Origin: Dehalococcoidia bacterium
GTDB lineage: Bacteria; Chloroflexota; Dehalococcoidia; Lucifugimonadales; Australimonadaceae
Direction: 5' to 3'
Length of the DNA stretch: 64,000 nucleotides
Assembly: GCA_022449765.1 (NCBI GenBank)
Contig: JAKUPZ010000003.1
Coordinates: 92,441 to 156,440 of the forward strand
This document shows, piece after piece, positions 39,788 to 49,685 of the stretch (its first letter is position 1; every line of letters begins with the position of its first letter). The notes under the pieces were generated by a model. The model ran no database searches, was not told the origin of the DNA, and was given only the letters and a program-made list of their open reading frames with translations. The position numbers were made by a program, and so were the translations under genes.

Positions 39788-39978
39788 CTCTGATTTTTCT
39801 TTTTCCAGGGGCCTGGAGCACCAATTAATGGGGTGCAGACTTTACACGCGCGAAACCCGCTTAGCATAGCTTCATGTGGATTAGAAAAAGACACTCTATT
39901 TTCTGGTTTTGTTCGTCTACCGGGAGGGCAGTTAGGTCTGCAAAATATTTTAGTTGTGGTGCATCCGTTATAAGTCAT
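39784..39978 (-). CDS. stand-alone Ada-type zinc-binding domain protein
   Basis: 64 aa. FCRPNCPP...GFRACKVCTP matches the Ada N-terminal Cys4 pattern (CRPSC...CKRCxP). Confidence 0.68.
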   Translation of the reverse strand: MTYNGCTTTKIFCRPNCPPGRRTKPENRVSFSNPHEAMLSGFRACKVCTPLIGAPGPWKKKNQS

Positions 39979-39979
39979 A

Positions 39980-40876
39980 TTAAAGTATTTTTTGGATAAA
40001 CCCTGCTTTGTTGCGCCACTTAGGGTTTATTTTTACCCATAAATCTAAGTAGACAGGTTTCCCAACAAGTTTTTCAATTTCTGGCCGGGAATCGACTCCT
40101 ACTAATTTTAGTGCGCTCCCATTTCCTCCGATAAGTAGTTGCTTTTGTGACGGTTTGTCTACGTAAATTACCGCACGTATATAATCCCGAGCGCCATCAG
40201 CACGTTCATCAAAATCCTCAATTTCTATTGCTACATCGTAAGGTATTTCATGCCTGTATAAATTAAAAACGCGTTCTCGGATGAGCTCTCCAACTAGGAA
40301 CCGGACCGATCTATCAGTTAAAGCATCTGCTGGGAATAAAGCCTCTCGCTGGGGCATTGCATTCGAAATAGAGGTAACGACGGAATCTAAACCTTCCGAC
40401 ATAATGCTACTCACTGGAAAAATTTCCTGAAAGGAATGGATATCTGAATATTTTTGTATCACAGGTAACAATTTATTTTTAGGAATAGTGTCAATTTTGT
40501 TCAGAACTAGGAAGGCGTTTTTGCCTGATTTTTTGATTTGATTTACTAAATTTAACTCTATGTCTCCTGGAAGCCGTGGCTCCACTACTAATATTATTGC
40601 ATTGGCGTCGCTCAGGGCACTTGAAGACTCGCGTGACATGGAAGTATCAAGTAAGTCACGACCGCCTTTCAAAAAACCTGGGGTGTCAAGTAATCCAATT
40701 TGGAAATTTTCATTGGTGAGAATTCCTAGTAGTCGATGGCGCGTCGTATGGGGTTTTGCGCTGACAATCGTAACTTTTTGGCCAACTAGGGCGTTCATTA
40801 AAGTGGATTTGCCAACATTGGAGCGCCCGATGATGGCTACAAGTCCGCTTCTGAATGGTACTTTAGAGGAATCCAT
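39980..40876 (-). CDS. era: GTPase Era
   Basis: GRSNVGKSTL (G1), DTPG (G3), NKID (G4), C-terminal KH domain. The ATG at 40876 (MDSSKV) avoids overlap with the upstream cupin gene; the track ORF starts at 40957. Confidence 0.88.
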   Translation of the reverse strand: MDSSKVPFRSGLVAIIGRSNVGKSTLMNALVGQKVTIVSAKPHTTRHRLLGILTNENFQIGLLDTPGFLKGGRDLLDTSMSRESSSALSDANAIILVVEPRLPGDIELNLVNQIKKSGKNAFLVLNKIDTIPKNKLLPVIQKYSDIHSFQEIFPVSSIMSEGLDSVVTSISNAMPQREALFPADALTDRSVRFLVGELIRERVFNLYRHEIPYDVAIEIEDFDERADGARDYIRAVIYVDKPSQKQLLIGGNGSALKLVGVDSRPEIEKLVGKPVYLDLWVKINPKWRNKAGFIQKIL

Positions 40877-40886
40877 AGACGCTATA

Positions 40887-42005
40887 TCATTTCGGTTCAG
40901 GGTTGAAAAATTTGGACATTTTTGAAGTTGCCCCAGATTTGGTGAGAGTTTCGACAAAAATTTGATGGATTAGCGGATTTTCATTTTCATATTCTATTTG
41001 CCCTCCACCGAGGCTCACATCTACGTCAGTCTCTCCTTCCATTGCAACGCCTAAGGAAAAGTAATACCTTTGACTGTTCCAGCGGAACGCTAGATACCTA
41101 GCAGGCGTGTTTCCGCCATTAAAATGCTGATGGAACCATCCATTAGGAGGAACAACCATTGACCCAGGTTTCCAATCCACTCGTTCCAAGAAGGTAGTAG
41201 GATCCTCATGTGAAGGCCAAAGTAGGGAGTATCCCTGACCTTTGAGTATTATCACATGTGCTCCGGGTCCATGCTTGTGAGCTTTTTTATATGTACCTAC
41301 GGGGAATTCTGATACGTGTGCAGTTTGAGTTTGATGAGCAAGTTCAAATTTTATGTGGGCACCACCAGCTCCTCGTTCTTTCCATTCGAAAGTAGTAAAC
41401 GTTTCTACATCGGGAATAAAATTGGTTTCCCATGCATTTGTCCTGCCGGTTGTTGCAGTCCACATTTTGCCTTCCCCTTGAAAGCTTTTTTGGTTTCCAA
41501 GGCGATCTTCAAACACGTAGGGGTTATTGAAAATGAAGCCTTCATTGTGGAAAAGGTTCATTGTTAAAGGTGCGGTTGTCACTGCTACGAAGCGTGCAGG
41601 TTCTGACCCGCTTCCATTCAAATGTTGATGACTGACATTTATTGGAATGGAAAAAACACTCCCTTTTTTCCATTCAAAACTTGTTTGGCTTCTCGGGTGA
41701 TCACCTACAAGCGTCGCACCTCTGCCACTCAAAACAAAAATATTTTTCTCAAATATATGCTTTTCTGGGGCCATTTTTTTACCAGGAGGAATTTCGGCTA
41801 CATACGCGTCATTCGTATCACCGGTACCGTCTAGGTTGATGTAGGTTCCCAGGCAATTTAGCCGTGCCCAAGGCTTCACCTCAACGGTATTTAGATCATC
41901 TACCGCAAATCCAGTTATAACCGGAATACCTTCCTTGGCCTGGAAGTCACGGTATGCGTCGTGTTTTATTATTTTTTCAGCAGATGGCCTGACCTGGTGT
42001 GACAT
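40887..42005 (-). CDS. bicupin-family protein (dioxygenase-like; function unknown)
   Basis: 372 aa with two cupin-like halves (HxH...E / GWFHQHFN patterns). Confidence 0.65.
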   Translation of the reverse strand: MSHQVRPSAEKIIKHDAYRDFQAKEGIPVITGFAVDDLNTVEVKPWARLNCLGTYINLDGTGDTNDAYVAEIPPGKKMAPEKHIFEKNIFVLSGRGATLVGDHPRSQTSFEWKKGSVFSIPINVSHQHLNGSGSEPARFVAVTTAPLTMNLFHNEGFIFNNPYVFEDRLGNQKSFQGEGKMWTATTGRTNAWETNFIPDVETFTTFEWKERGAGGAHIKFELAHQTQTAHVSEFPVGTYKKAHKHGPGAHVIILKGQGYSLLWPSHEDPTTFLERVDWKPGSMVVPPNGWFHQHFNGGNTPARYLAFRWNSQRYYFSLGVAMEGETDVDVSLGGGQIEYENENPLIHQIFVETLTKSGATSKMSKFFNPEPK

Positions 42006-42032
42006 TCAATCCACGCATATAAAATTTATTAT

Positions 42033-42107
42033 TGGAGCGGGCGATGGGATTCGAACCCACGGCCCTTTGCTTGGGAAGCAAATGCTCTGCCCCTGAGCTA
42101 CGCCCGC
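42033..42107 (-). tRNA. tRNA-Gly (anticodon CCC)
   Basis: Reverse complement GCGGGCGTAGCTCAGGGGCAGAGCATTTGCTTCCCAAGCAAAGGGCCGTGGGTTCGAATCCCATCGCCCGCTCCA. Confidence 0.9.
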
Positions 42108-42141
42108 ATGCGATGATTCTAGGGCAGCACTTGTTGCTCGT

Positions 42142-42798
42142 CTACTTTTTCACCCAGTTTTGGGAATCTGAAATATCGCGGTCAAAGAATATTCGGTACA
42201 TCAATAGAGTTTTAAGGTTTCCCTCATGTGTAAAAGAAAAGTTTGAAAGTAATCTTTTTGTAATTGTACAAAATAAAATTCCATACATAAGAATAATAAT
42301 TTGTAATGGCTTTTCTAAGTACATTGAGACTAAAGGCAAAGTGATAAAGCTTATAAGAACCCATATTGGAGCAGACCGATACAATTGCCATCCGGCGCAA
42401 GCGACAACTGTAAAAAAAGCTAATTCCAGTTGCCCTAGTGAAAGTAATACCCCGAGGCTTGGTGCTACTCCCCTTCCTCCTTTAAATCTTAGAAAAATAG
42501 GCCAATTGTGGCCTATTATTGAGGTGAGGCCTATCAAAATTTGCTGGGTAACTCCCAATCCCAGAACCTGAGCAATGGTAATAGGCAAATAGCTTTTTAC
42601 TAACCCGTCGAATAGGCCTACAGGAATGACCCAATACTTCCCAACGTTGTGATAGACGTTGGATGCTCCTATTGTGCCGCTACCGACATATCGAAGATCG
42701 ATATTTTTAACTAATTTGCCTACGAGGTATGCAGAAGGGACTGAAGCTAAGAGATACGTTGACGCTATAAAAAGAAGATATCCAGAGTTTGAGATCAT
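42142..42798 (-). CDS. plsY: glycerol-3-phosphate acyltransferase PlsY
   Basis: 218-aa membrane protein. SVPSAYLVGK...GSGTIGASN... HNWPIFLRFKGGRGVA motifs. Confidence 0.87.
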   Translation of the reverse strand: MISNSGYLLFIASTYLLASVPSAYLVGKLVKNIDLRYVGSGTIGASNVYHNVGKYWVIPVGLFDGLVKSYLPITIAQVLGLGVTQQILIGLTSIIGHNWPIFLRFKGGRGVAPSLGVLLSLGQLELAFFTVVACAGWQLYRSAPIWVLISFITLPLVSMYLEKPLQIIILMYGILFCTITKRLLSNFSFTHEGNLKTLLMYRIFFDRDISDSQNWVKK

Positions 42799-42801
42799 TC
42801 G

Positions 42802-43635
42802 TTAAGATGCCTTGGCGCGCCTGCGTAATTCATTGAATATATCTTGAGTAGGGCCGCCGGTACCTGGGAGATTTTCACCTGATATCCCCGTCGCATGGTA
42901 ATCGCTACCCCCACAGGGAAGTAGATTTAATTGATGAGCTCTTTCTAATAATTGTTTCTGTTCGTGTAGCGTAAATTCTGGATAGAATACTTCAAATCCG
43001 CTGAAGCCCATTTCCTGTAAGGTAGGTAAAATAGCGTCATAATTCTTCACATAGACTGGGTGAGCCAGGACAGCAACTCCGCTTACTGAGCGAATAAGAT
43101 CTACTGCTCCTTGCATTGAAATATTTTCTTGATGTACAAAGGCACTGCCTCCTTCGTTAAGAAGACCTTTGAATGCATCTTTGGGGGTTCTTAGATAGCC
43201 TTTTTCAAAGAGGGCTTTCGCTATGTGAGGTCTCCCGATACTTGACCCTGTGGGCTTTAGATCATCCCAGCTTAATTGGTATCCCAATTCATTTAACCGG
43301 TCAATTATTTTTTTGCAACGAAGCTCTCTTTGTCCTCGAAAATAAGTAAGTGTTTGTTGAAACACAGGATCGTTATAGTGCATAAAGTAACCGAGTACAT
43401 GTACTTCTGAATTTCGCACCAAGGGATGAACTGCACTAATTTCGATGCCTGGTATTAATTCTAGGTGAGTATCTAGTGTTCCAAGTCTTTCGTAAGCCTC
43501 ATTTAGCCCTTCTGTGGAATCATGATCCGTCAGAGAGGCGATATTAATGTCCATTTTTACAAAGAAATCGACAAGATCGCTGGGAGACAAATTCCCATCA
43601 GAACAAGTTGAATGAGTATGCAAGTCGATTTTCAT
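42802..43635 (-). CDS. PHP-domain phosphoesterase (TrpH/YciV-like)
   Basis: MKIDLHTHSTCSDG...; C-terminal GGSDYH. Confidence 0.82.
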   Translation of the reverse strand: MKIDLHTHSTCSDGNLSPSDLVDFFVKMDINIASLTDHDSTEGLNEAYERLGTLDTHLELIPGIEISAVHPLVRNSEVHVLGYFMHYNDPVFQQTLTYFRGQRELRCKKIIDRLNELGYQLSWDDLKPTGSSIGRPHIAKALFEKGYLRTPKDAFKGLLNEGGSAFVHQENISMQGAVDLIRSVSGVAVLAHPVYVKNYDAILPTLQEMGFSGFEVFYPEFTLHEQKQLLERAHQLNLLPCGGSDYHATGISGENLPGTGGPTQDIFNELRRRAKAS

Positions 43636-44417
43636 GGGAGGCTGATAATTTTATCTATTCTTTCTACATGTTTTGCCAGCCCGCTAAGATCATCGAGCTC
43701 TGCGTATAAGGAATTGAACTGCAAAGGGCCGGTATTTTCAGCTACGGTTAGTCTTTTGGGCATTGCAGTCAAAAATTTCGCTAGAACATCTTCGACTTTA
43801 CTGCCAATTATTGAATTGAGGGGCCCTGTCATTCCAAGGTCAGTGACGAAGGCAGTTCCCTTAGGTAGTATTTTGGCGTCTGCAGTTGGAACATGAGTAT
43901 GGGTTCCTACCACTATGCTTACTCTTCCATCCAAATACCACCCCATTGCCGCTTGTTCTGATGTTGCTTCGGTATGGAAGTCTACGAGAATTGCCTTTGG
44001 TGATTGCAATTCTATTTCCTCTAGTAGAGTTTCTGCGGTGGTGAATGGGGAGTCTAGACCTTCTGGCATGTAGACGCGGCCCTGTAGATTGAGAACAGCA
44101 ACTCCTCCAATAATTATGTGGCCTCTTCCTGGTGCGGTAGCGGGGTAATTTGCTGGGCGAAGAAATGGCATTTCACCGTTTAATGATGGTATGAAATCTC
44201 GCTGGTCAAAAGTATGATTACCCCCACTAATGACATTGGCTCCAGCCTTTAGTATTTCATCCGCAGTATCGTCCGTAAGCCCAAAACCGGCAGCCGCGTT
44301 TTCCCCATTTACAACAACAAAATCCAAATCTAATTCACTTCGAAGCTTGGGAAGAATGTGGGATAGTGCAGATCTTCCCGGGCGACCAACAATGTCCCCG
44401 ACCATCAGTACCTTCAA
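43632..44417 (-). CDS. ymdB: YmdB-family metallophosphoesterase (2',3'-cyclic-nucleotide phosphodiesterase)
   Basis: MKVLMVGDIVGRPGR..., GENAAAGFG, GTHTHV. Directly downstream of rny, as in Firmicutes. Confidence 0.82.
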   Translation of the reverse strand: MKVLMVGDIVGRPGRSALSHILPKLRSELDLDFVVVNGENAAAGFGLTDDTADEILKAGANVISGGNHTFDQRDFIPSLNGEMPFLRPANYPATAPGRGHIIIGGVAVLNLQGRVYMPEGLDSPFTTAETLLEEIELQSPKAILVDFHTEATSEQAAMGWYLDGRVSIVVGTHTHVPTADAKILPKGTAFVTDLGMTGPLNSIIGSKVEDVLAKFLTAMPKRLTVAENTGPLQFNSLYAELDDLSGLAKHVERIDKIISLP

Positions 44418-44434
44418 GCTAACTCCTCCCGAAT

Positions 44435-45985
44435 TTAATGTGCAACTTCAGTAGTTCGAGTTTCGCGGACTACAGTTACAACAATTTCGCCTGGATAAAC
44501 AAGGTTCTCTTCGATTTTTTTCACGACTTTTCGAGCAAGATCGGAAGCCTCTACATCATCGAGTTCATCAGGTTGCACTAAAATGCGTACTTCACGACCA
44601 GCTTGAATAGCAAAAGATTTTTGAACACCATCGAAACTATTGGCTACATCTTCCAGTGCTTCTAACCGCTTCAGATAGAGCTCTACTGTGTCACGCCTAG
44701 ATCCAGGGCGTGCAGCACTTATGGCATCAGCGGCCGCTACTATAAAGGCCTCTGCTGAGCCACGATCATCTTCATGATGCTCGTTAATGGCAGCGGCTAC
44801 AGCAGGCGATAGGTTGTACCGTCTAGCTACTTCCTCTCCGAGCTCAACGTGCGTTCCTTCGACTTCGTGAGTTAGAGCTTTACCAATATCGTGTAATAAA
44901 CCGCCTGCCTTTGCAATTTGGACATCAGCATTGATTTCGCCGGCAAGCATACCTGCAATCCGCGAAACTTCGACCGAATGCTGAAGGATGTTTTCCCCGT
45001 AGCTATATCGATATTGAAGCCTTCCAATTAGTTTAATTAATTCTGGATTCAAACCCCTAACTGCTGCATCCAGAACTGCCTGTTCTCCACACCGGGCAAT
45101 AGTGTCTTCAACTTCTTTTTGCGCTTTTATCACTGACTCTTCGATACGTGCCGGGTGGATCCGTCCATCGGCAATAAGGTTAGTAAGAGCGATTTTAGCT
45201 ACCTCTCTTCTAATTGGATCAAAGCAAGAAACAGTAACTGCTTCAGGGGTGTCATCAATAATGAGATCAACTCCTGTAGCTGCTTCGATTGCTCGTATGT
45301 TGCGCCCTTCCCTTCCGATAAGCCTTCCTTTCATATCATCACTAGGGAGGGATACGAGAGATGTCGTTGATTCGTTGACTACATCAGCTGCGAGTCGTTG
45401 AATAGATAATGCAATTATAGTTTTTGCTTTTTCATCGACATCGGAATGCATTTTCTGTTCTAACGTGTAATAGCGTTTTGCAATTTCTTGTTCCATCGCA
45501 GATTCTGCTGTTTGCATTATCTGATCTTTAGCGTCTGCCAAACTTAAATTTGCTACTTCTTCGAGCTTTGAAACTTGCTCTGTTTTTAAATCTTCTACCT
45601 CAGCATAAGCGGTTTCTAATGTGGATTCACGGTCAGATAGTTTGGACTCTCTGGCTTCTAATGTGTCCTGGCGATTGTCGAGATTTTCCTCTCGATTCTG
45701 CAGGCGAGTTTCTGCTCGCTGGAGCTCTCTTCTCCTGTCACGCGCATCGGATTCAATTTCTTGTTTATTGCGCAATGCTTCTTCTTGAGCCTCAAGTAGA
45801 AGTCTTTTCTTCTGTTCTTCTGCATCACTCAAGATACGATCCGCCTCGCTTGAAGCAGCACTTATTTTTTTCCCACGATTAATTTGATTGAGGATAAATT
45901 TTACTAAAATTGTAACGATTATCCCTGCAATTACTCCTATTGCGGAGCCTATTAATAACGCCTCCATGAGCGTCTCCTTTCTCAC
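44435..45985 (-). CDS. rny: ribonuclease Y
   Basis: N-terminal TM helix, coiled coil, KH domain (GREGRNIRA), HD domain (LLHDIGKA). Confidence 0.93.
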   Translation of the reverse strand: MRKETLMEALLIGSAIGVIAGIIVTILVKFILNQINRGKKISAASSEADRILSDAEEQKKRLLLEAQEEALRNKQEIESDARDRRRELQRAETRLQNREENLDNRQDTLEARESKLSDRESTLETAYAEVEDLKTEQVSKLEEVANLSLADAKDQIMQTAESAMEQEIAKRYYTLEQKMHSDVDEKAKTIIALSIQRLAADVVNESTTSLVSLPSDDMKGRLIGREGRNIRAIEAATGVDLIIDDTPEAVTVSCFDPIRREVAKIALTNLIADGRIHPARIEESVIKAQKEVEDTIARCGEQAVLDAAVRGLNPELIKLIGRLQYRYSYGENILQHSVEVSRIAGMLAGEINADVQIAKAGGLLHDIGKALTHEVEGTHVELGEEVARRYNLSPAVAAAINEHHEDDRGSAEAFIVAAADAISAARPGSRRDTVELYLKRLEALEDVANSFDGVQKSFAIQAGREVRILVQPDELDDVEASDLARKVVKKIEENLVYPGEIVVTVVRETRTTEVAH

Positions 45986-46145
45986 TTTCTATGCTCGAGT
46001 CCTTTCAAAAAGGACCGGATAAAAAGCCCACACCTATTTTATCTAAACCAGGGGCTATATAAGTTAGAGTCTGACCTGGATCAATACACCGGATCAATTT
46101 CTACCCCGATTTTGTCATTGGTAATGGATGCTAGGAGCTATGACC

Positions 46146-47195
46146 TTATGAAGGAGCAATAGCGGGCACTTCGGAATGCTCAATTTTTTCATCGGGATTT
46201 TTATCTCCGTCAGTTGAATCAAGCCCTCGGATAAGCGCTTCGATCTGGTCTGCAATTTCAGGATGTTCATTTAGAAAATTTTTGGCATTTTCTCTGCCCT
46301 GTCCAAGGCGAGTTTCGTTATAGGAATAATTAGCTCCAGATTTTCTAATGACTTCGGCTGCTGTGCCTAGGTCAAGGATATCCCCCACCTTGCTGATTCC
46401 TTGTTTGAACATGATGTCGAATTCAGCCTGCCTGAAAGGCGGAGCAACTTTGTTTTTGACAATTTTTGCTCGCACTCTAGATCCTACTGGCTCTGTCTGT
46501 TGTTTGATCGTTTCGATTCTGCGAAGGTCAATACGAACTGAGCTGTAAAATTTTAGTGCACGCCCTCCGGGAGTGACTTCGGGGCTTCCAAAAAAGACTC
46601 CCACTTTTTCACGAAGTTGATTTACGAATACAACAGCTGTATTTGAAGCGTTGGTTGCTGCAGTAAGCTTTCGTAGCGCTTGTGACATTAGTCTTGCTTG
46701 TAGCCCTACATGTGCATCTCCCATATCTCCTTCTAATTCAGCGCGTGGTACGAGGGCCGCGACACTGTCAACTACTACGACATCTAACGCACCACTACGT
46801 ACGAGATATTCCACGATTTCTAAGGCTTGTTCGCCTGAATCAGGTTGTGAAATAAGAAGGGAATCGACTTGCACACCGCATTGGGCCGCGTAGATTGGAT
46901 CCATCGCGTGTTCGGCATCTATATAAGCCGCAGTTCCACCAAGCCGTTGAGCTTCAGCCACAATGTGGTTACACAATGTGGATTTTCCTGCTGATTCTGT
47001 CCCAAAAATCTCAATGATTCTGCCTTTTGGGATTCCACCAACACCTAATGCAAGGTCAAGCGAAATCGAACCAGTCGGAATGGCTTCAGTTTGCATAGCG
47101 TGGGAGGCCTCTCCCAGCCGCATTATTGCCCCTCGGCCAAATTGGCGTTCAATTTGGCCTAAGGCTACCTCTAGTGCTTGTTGTTTTTCTGACAC
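46146..47195 (-). CDS. recA: recombinase RecA
   Basis: [33 protein letters not shown]-loop, VVVDSVAAL. Confidence 0.97.
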   Translation of the reverse strand: MSEKQQALEVALGQIERQFGRGAIMRLGEASHAMQTEAIPTGSISLDLALGVGGIPKGRIIEIFGTESAGKSTLCNHIVAEAQRLGGTAAYIDAEHAMDPIYAAQCGVQVDSLLISQPDSGEQALEIVEYLVRSGALDVVVVDSVAALVPRAELEGDMGDAHVGLQARLMSQALRKLTAATNASNTAVVFVNQLREKVGVFFGSPEVTPGGRALKFYSSVRIDLRRIETIKQQTEPVGSRVRAKIVKNKVAPPFRQAEFDIMFKQGISKVGDILDLGTAAEVIRKSGANYSYNETRLGQGRENAKNFLNEHPEIADQIEALIRGLDSTDGDKNPDEKIEHSEVPAIAPS

Positions 47196-47318
47196 GTTCT
47201 GGCCTCATCTCTTGGCAGCCATTACCACTTACATCGTATCATATTACGAAGTGCATGTACGGCCAATTTTTTACCAAGTCTGCCATTTATAGGTAGGTAT
47301 TATGCAAGCCTCAAATGT

Positions 47319-47332
47319 CGCACATTTGTTCT
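47319..47332. promoter_or_regulatory. LexA-like box upstream of recA (one half-site mismatch)
   Basis: The plus strand reads CGCACATTTGTTCT and the recA strand reads AGAACAAATGTGCG. GAAC-N4-GTgC. About 125 nt upstream of the recA ATG. Confidence 0.35.
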
Positions 47333-47337
47333 AATGC

Positions 47338-47526
47338 TTAACTCCCGTGACATTTCTTAAACTTTTTACCACTTGCGCAAGGACAAAGTTCGTTCCTACC
47401 AATCTTGCGATCGGTTGAAAATGTCTGAAATCTAGCATCTGCAACTCGTCGAGACTCACATCCAACGCAGGTGCAGGCAGGTGGATGGTCTGAATACCAA
47501 TTGGTCCGTTCTTTTCCAGTTACCAT
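47338..47526 (-). CDS. small SEC-C-motif metal-binding protein
   Basis: 62 aa ending [14 protein letters not shown], plus an internal CTCVGC. Start overlaps the nadE stop by 7 nt. Confidence 0.6.
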   Translation of the reverse strand: MVTGKERTNWYSDHPPACTCVGCESRRVADARFQTFSTDRKIGRNELCPCASGKKFKKCHGS

Positions 47527-49283
47527 GGTGGCACCTGTTTGTAGCGATTAGCAATTGGAAGCCTGCGGTCTCGACCGAAATTTCTTTTAGTGATTTTGAC
47601 ACCTGGAGGAGATTGCCTGCGTTTGTATTCACTTTTGTCTACGAGGTTCACGGTAAGATCTATTGAATCCTTGGCCATACCTTGGGACGCCATGTCTTCG
47701 ATGCTTTTGTCTTCTTCCACATATGCGGAGATTATCAAGTCCAGTTCGTCGTATGGTGGTAGCGAGTCCTCGTCTTTTTGGTCTGGTCTTAGTTCAGCAG
47801 TGGGCGCCCGGTTAATTATGGAGTACGGTATTATTTCGTCATTGCTCGCTTCATTCAAATGTATGGAAATATTTTTAACTAATGTTTTAGAGACATCTTT
47901 AATGACTGCAAATCCTCCAGCCATGTCTCCATATAATGTTGCATAGCCAGTAGCCATTTCGCTTTTATTTCCGGTGGTTAAAACGATCCAATTGAATTTG
48001 TTGGATGCGGCCATCAGCAAGTTTCCGCGAATTCGCGCCTGTAAATTTTCTTCAGTAGTACCTATTTCGGTTCCTTGGAATTCACTTGCTAAAGATTCAA
48101 TGTACGTATTAAAGATGGGTTCTATAGGCAGGGTGACCATTCGAATTCCTAGATTTGCACTGAGTTTTTTGGAATCATTCAGCGATTGATCTGAGGTGTA
48201 CTGAGACGGCATGAAGAACGCAGTGACATTCGACGAGCCGAGTGCTTCAACTGCTATGACTGTGGTGAGCGCTGAATCCAGTCCACCGGATAACCCAATA
48301 ACGGCTTTGTTGAAACCACTTTTTTTCACATAATCTCGTGTTCCTAATACCAAAGCCTGGAATGCTTCTTCGTAAGGTTCTAGCTCTTCGGCAACTGAGG
48401 GTTTAAGTATTTTGGTTTCCTTACGATTTCCACTGGCTATAAAGTAATGTTTTGGATTAGCAAAGGATTGATTATGGATTTCATGGAAAGGTTTGGCTTG
48501 GTCTGCATTGATATCTGCTAGGAGTAATGATTCTTGAAATTGAGGAGATCGCGCAATGATCTTTCCTTCAGGGTCCAGAATAATGCTTTGCCCATCAAAT
48601 ACTAGCTCGTCTTGACCTCCAACAGCATTGATATAAGAAACGAAAATTTTATTACTGCGCGCTCGTTGAGAGAGCATGGAATATCGTTCAGCGCCCCTCC
48701 CTAAATGAAAAGGGGATGCATTTATATTTACAATTAATTCGGCACCATTTGCTCTTTGCACGGATGTCGGGCCTTTTTCGTACCAAATGTCCTCACAAAT
48801 ATTGACTCCTATGTTCACTTCGTTGATAGAAAAAATAGGGCATTCTGTGCCTCTTGAGAAATATCGTTGTTCGTCGAAGACACCATAGTTAGGGAGAAAA
48901 ATTTTCCGGTAGATGTTTACAATTTGACCATTGGATGCAACGACTGCGCTGTTATAGATCCGTCCGTTAAGCTGGTCGGGGTAGTTGGTCGCTCCAAGAT
49001 GAAAAGGTTCGCCTTCTATAAATTCGGGAGCACCTACTACTACGGTTGTATTGCCACTTTCCTTAACGATACGTTGCAAATGCTTTTTGGAATCTAGGAG
49101 GAACTGCTTTTTAAATAGTAGGTCTTCGGGGGGATAGCCCGTTATTGCGAGTTCAGGGAACGCAATTATGTCCGCTTGTTCCTCTCGGGCTTGTGAGATG
49201 AATTCAAGCATTTTGTCAGTGTTTCCACCGATATCACCAACAGTTGGATTAAATTGTCCAAGTGCTAACCGAATTAAGCGCAT
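47520..49283 (-). CDS. nadE: glutamine-dependent NAD+ synthetase (nitrilase + synthetase domains)
   Basis: 587 aa. N-terminal CN-hydrolase ([19 protein letters not shown]), C-terminal [11 protein letters not shown]-loop. Confidence 0.93.
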   Translation of the reverse strand: MRLIRLALGQFNPTVGDIGGNTDKMLEFISQAREEQADIIAFPELAITGYPPEDLLFKKQFLLDSKKHLQRIVKESGNTTVVVGAPEFIEGEPFHLGATNYPDQLNGRIYNSAVVASNGQIVNIYRKIFLPNYGVFDEQRYFSRGTECPIFSINEVNIGVNICEDIWYEKGPTSVQRANGAELIVNINASPFHLGRGAERYSMLSQRARSNKIFVSYINAVGGQDELVFDGQSIILDPEGKIIARSPQFQESLLLADINADQAKPFHEIHNQSFANPKHYFIASGNRKETKILKPSVAEELEPYEEAFQALVLGTRDYVKKSGFNKAVIGLSGGLDSALTTVIAVEALGSSNVTAFFMPSQYTSDQSLNDSKKLSANLGIRMVTLPIEPIFNTYIESLASEFQGTEIGTTEENLQARIRGNLLMAASNKFNWIVLTTGNKSEMATGYATLYGDMAGGFAVIKDVSKTLVKNISIHLNEASNDEIIPYSIINRAPTAELRPDQKDEDSLPPYDELDLIISAYVEEDKSIEDMASQGMAKDSIDLTVNLVDKSEYKRRQSPPGVKITKRNFGRDRRLPIANRYKQVPPW

Positions 49284-49344
49284 AGGATATGACCCTTGTC
49301 TACCAAAAAGGACATCTTTACAAGATGTCCTGAAGTGGAGAGTG

Positions 49345-49530
49345 TTAGGTGATGGACCTTCGTCTACGACGTGCTGATCTGCGGGCAGCTAATCGTGCCT
49401 TCTCCCCTTTAGATCGGAAGAATCTACGATCTTTATGCTCTTTCAGTATTCCATTTCGAGTCACAGCAGCCCTGAATCTCGACACTATTCCTTCAGGCGG
49501 CTCACCGTCTCTAATTTCCACGTATGCCAT
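49345..49530 (-). CDS. rpsU: 30S ribosomal protein S21
   Basis: 61 aa, basic C-terminus, ...FRAAVTRNGILKEHKDRRFF..KGEK pattern. Confidence 0.88.
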   Translation of the reverse strand: MAYVEIRDGEPPEGIVSRFRAAVTRNGILKEHKDRRFFRSKGEKARLAARRSARRRRRSIT

Positions 49531-49613
49531 TCATCACCTTCGCTATTCAGCCAATAAACGATAGCATATTCCTAGTTATGGGACAATCTTGAGCACTAAT
49601 CATCTCTATTTAA

Positions 49614-49642
49614 TTGACATTATTGCTCTGCTCACGATATTT
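49614..49642 (+). promoter_or_regulatory. candidate promoter (-35 TTGACA, 17-nt spacer, -10 ATATTT)
   Basis: TTGACA-ttattgctctgctcacg-ATATTT read directly, 44 nt upstream of ATG 49686. Confidence 0.4.
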
Positions 49643-49644
49643 TG

Positions 49645-49673
49645 ATTAGCAGTCAATTCTATTGACTGCTAAT
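49645..49673 (+). promoter_or_regulatory. 13-bp perfect inverted repeat (leader hairpin or operator) abutting the SD of the FmdB-type gene
   Basis: attagcagtcaat-tct-attgactgctaat, followed by tGAGGGAtctta-ATG. Confidence 0.5.
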
Positions 49674-49685
49674 TGAGGGATCTTA

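Noticed and set aside
40877-40957. Longer era ORF start (ATG 40957) overlapping the cupin gene by 71 nt
   Set aside because: The extension (MSKLSPNLGQLQKCPNF...) is absent from typical Era N-termini. The ATG at 40876 gives a protein of about 298 aa that starts just before the G1 motif and removes the overlap.
42032-42571. 179-aa plus-strand ORF
   Set aside because: It begins inside tRNA-Gly (42033-42107) and runs antisense to the well-supported plsY gene. It has no motif.
45996-46020. GTCCTTT-ttg-AAAGGAC hairpin between recA and rny as a recA terminator
   Set aside because: The stem is only 7 bp and AT-rich, it has no U-tract, and it sits directly in front of the rny ribosome-binding site. 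Evidence is too weak.
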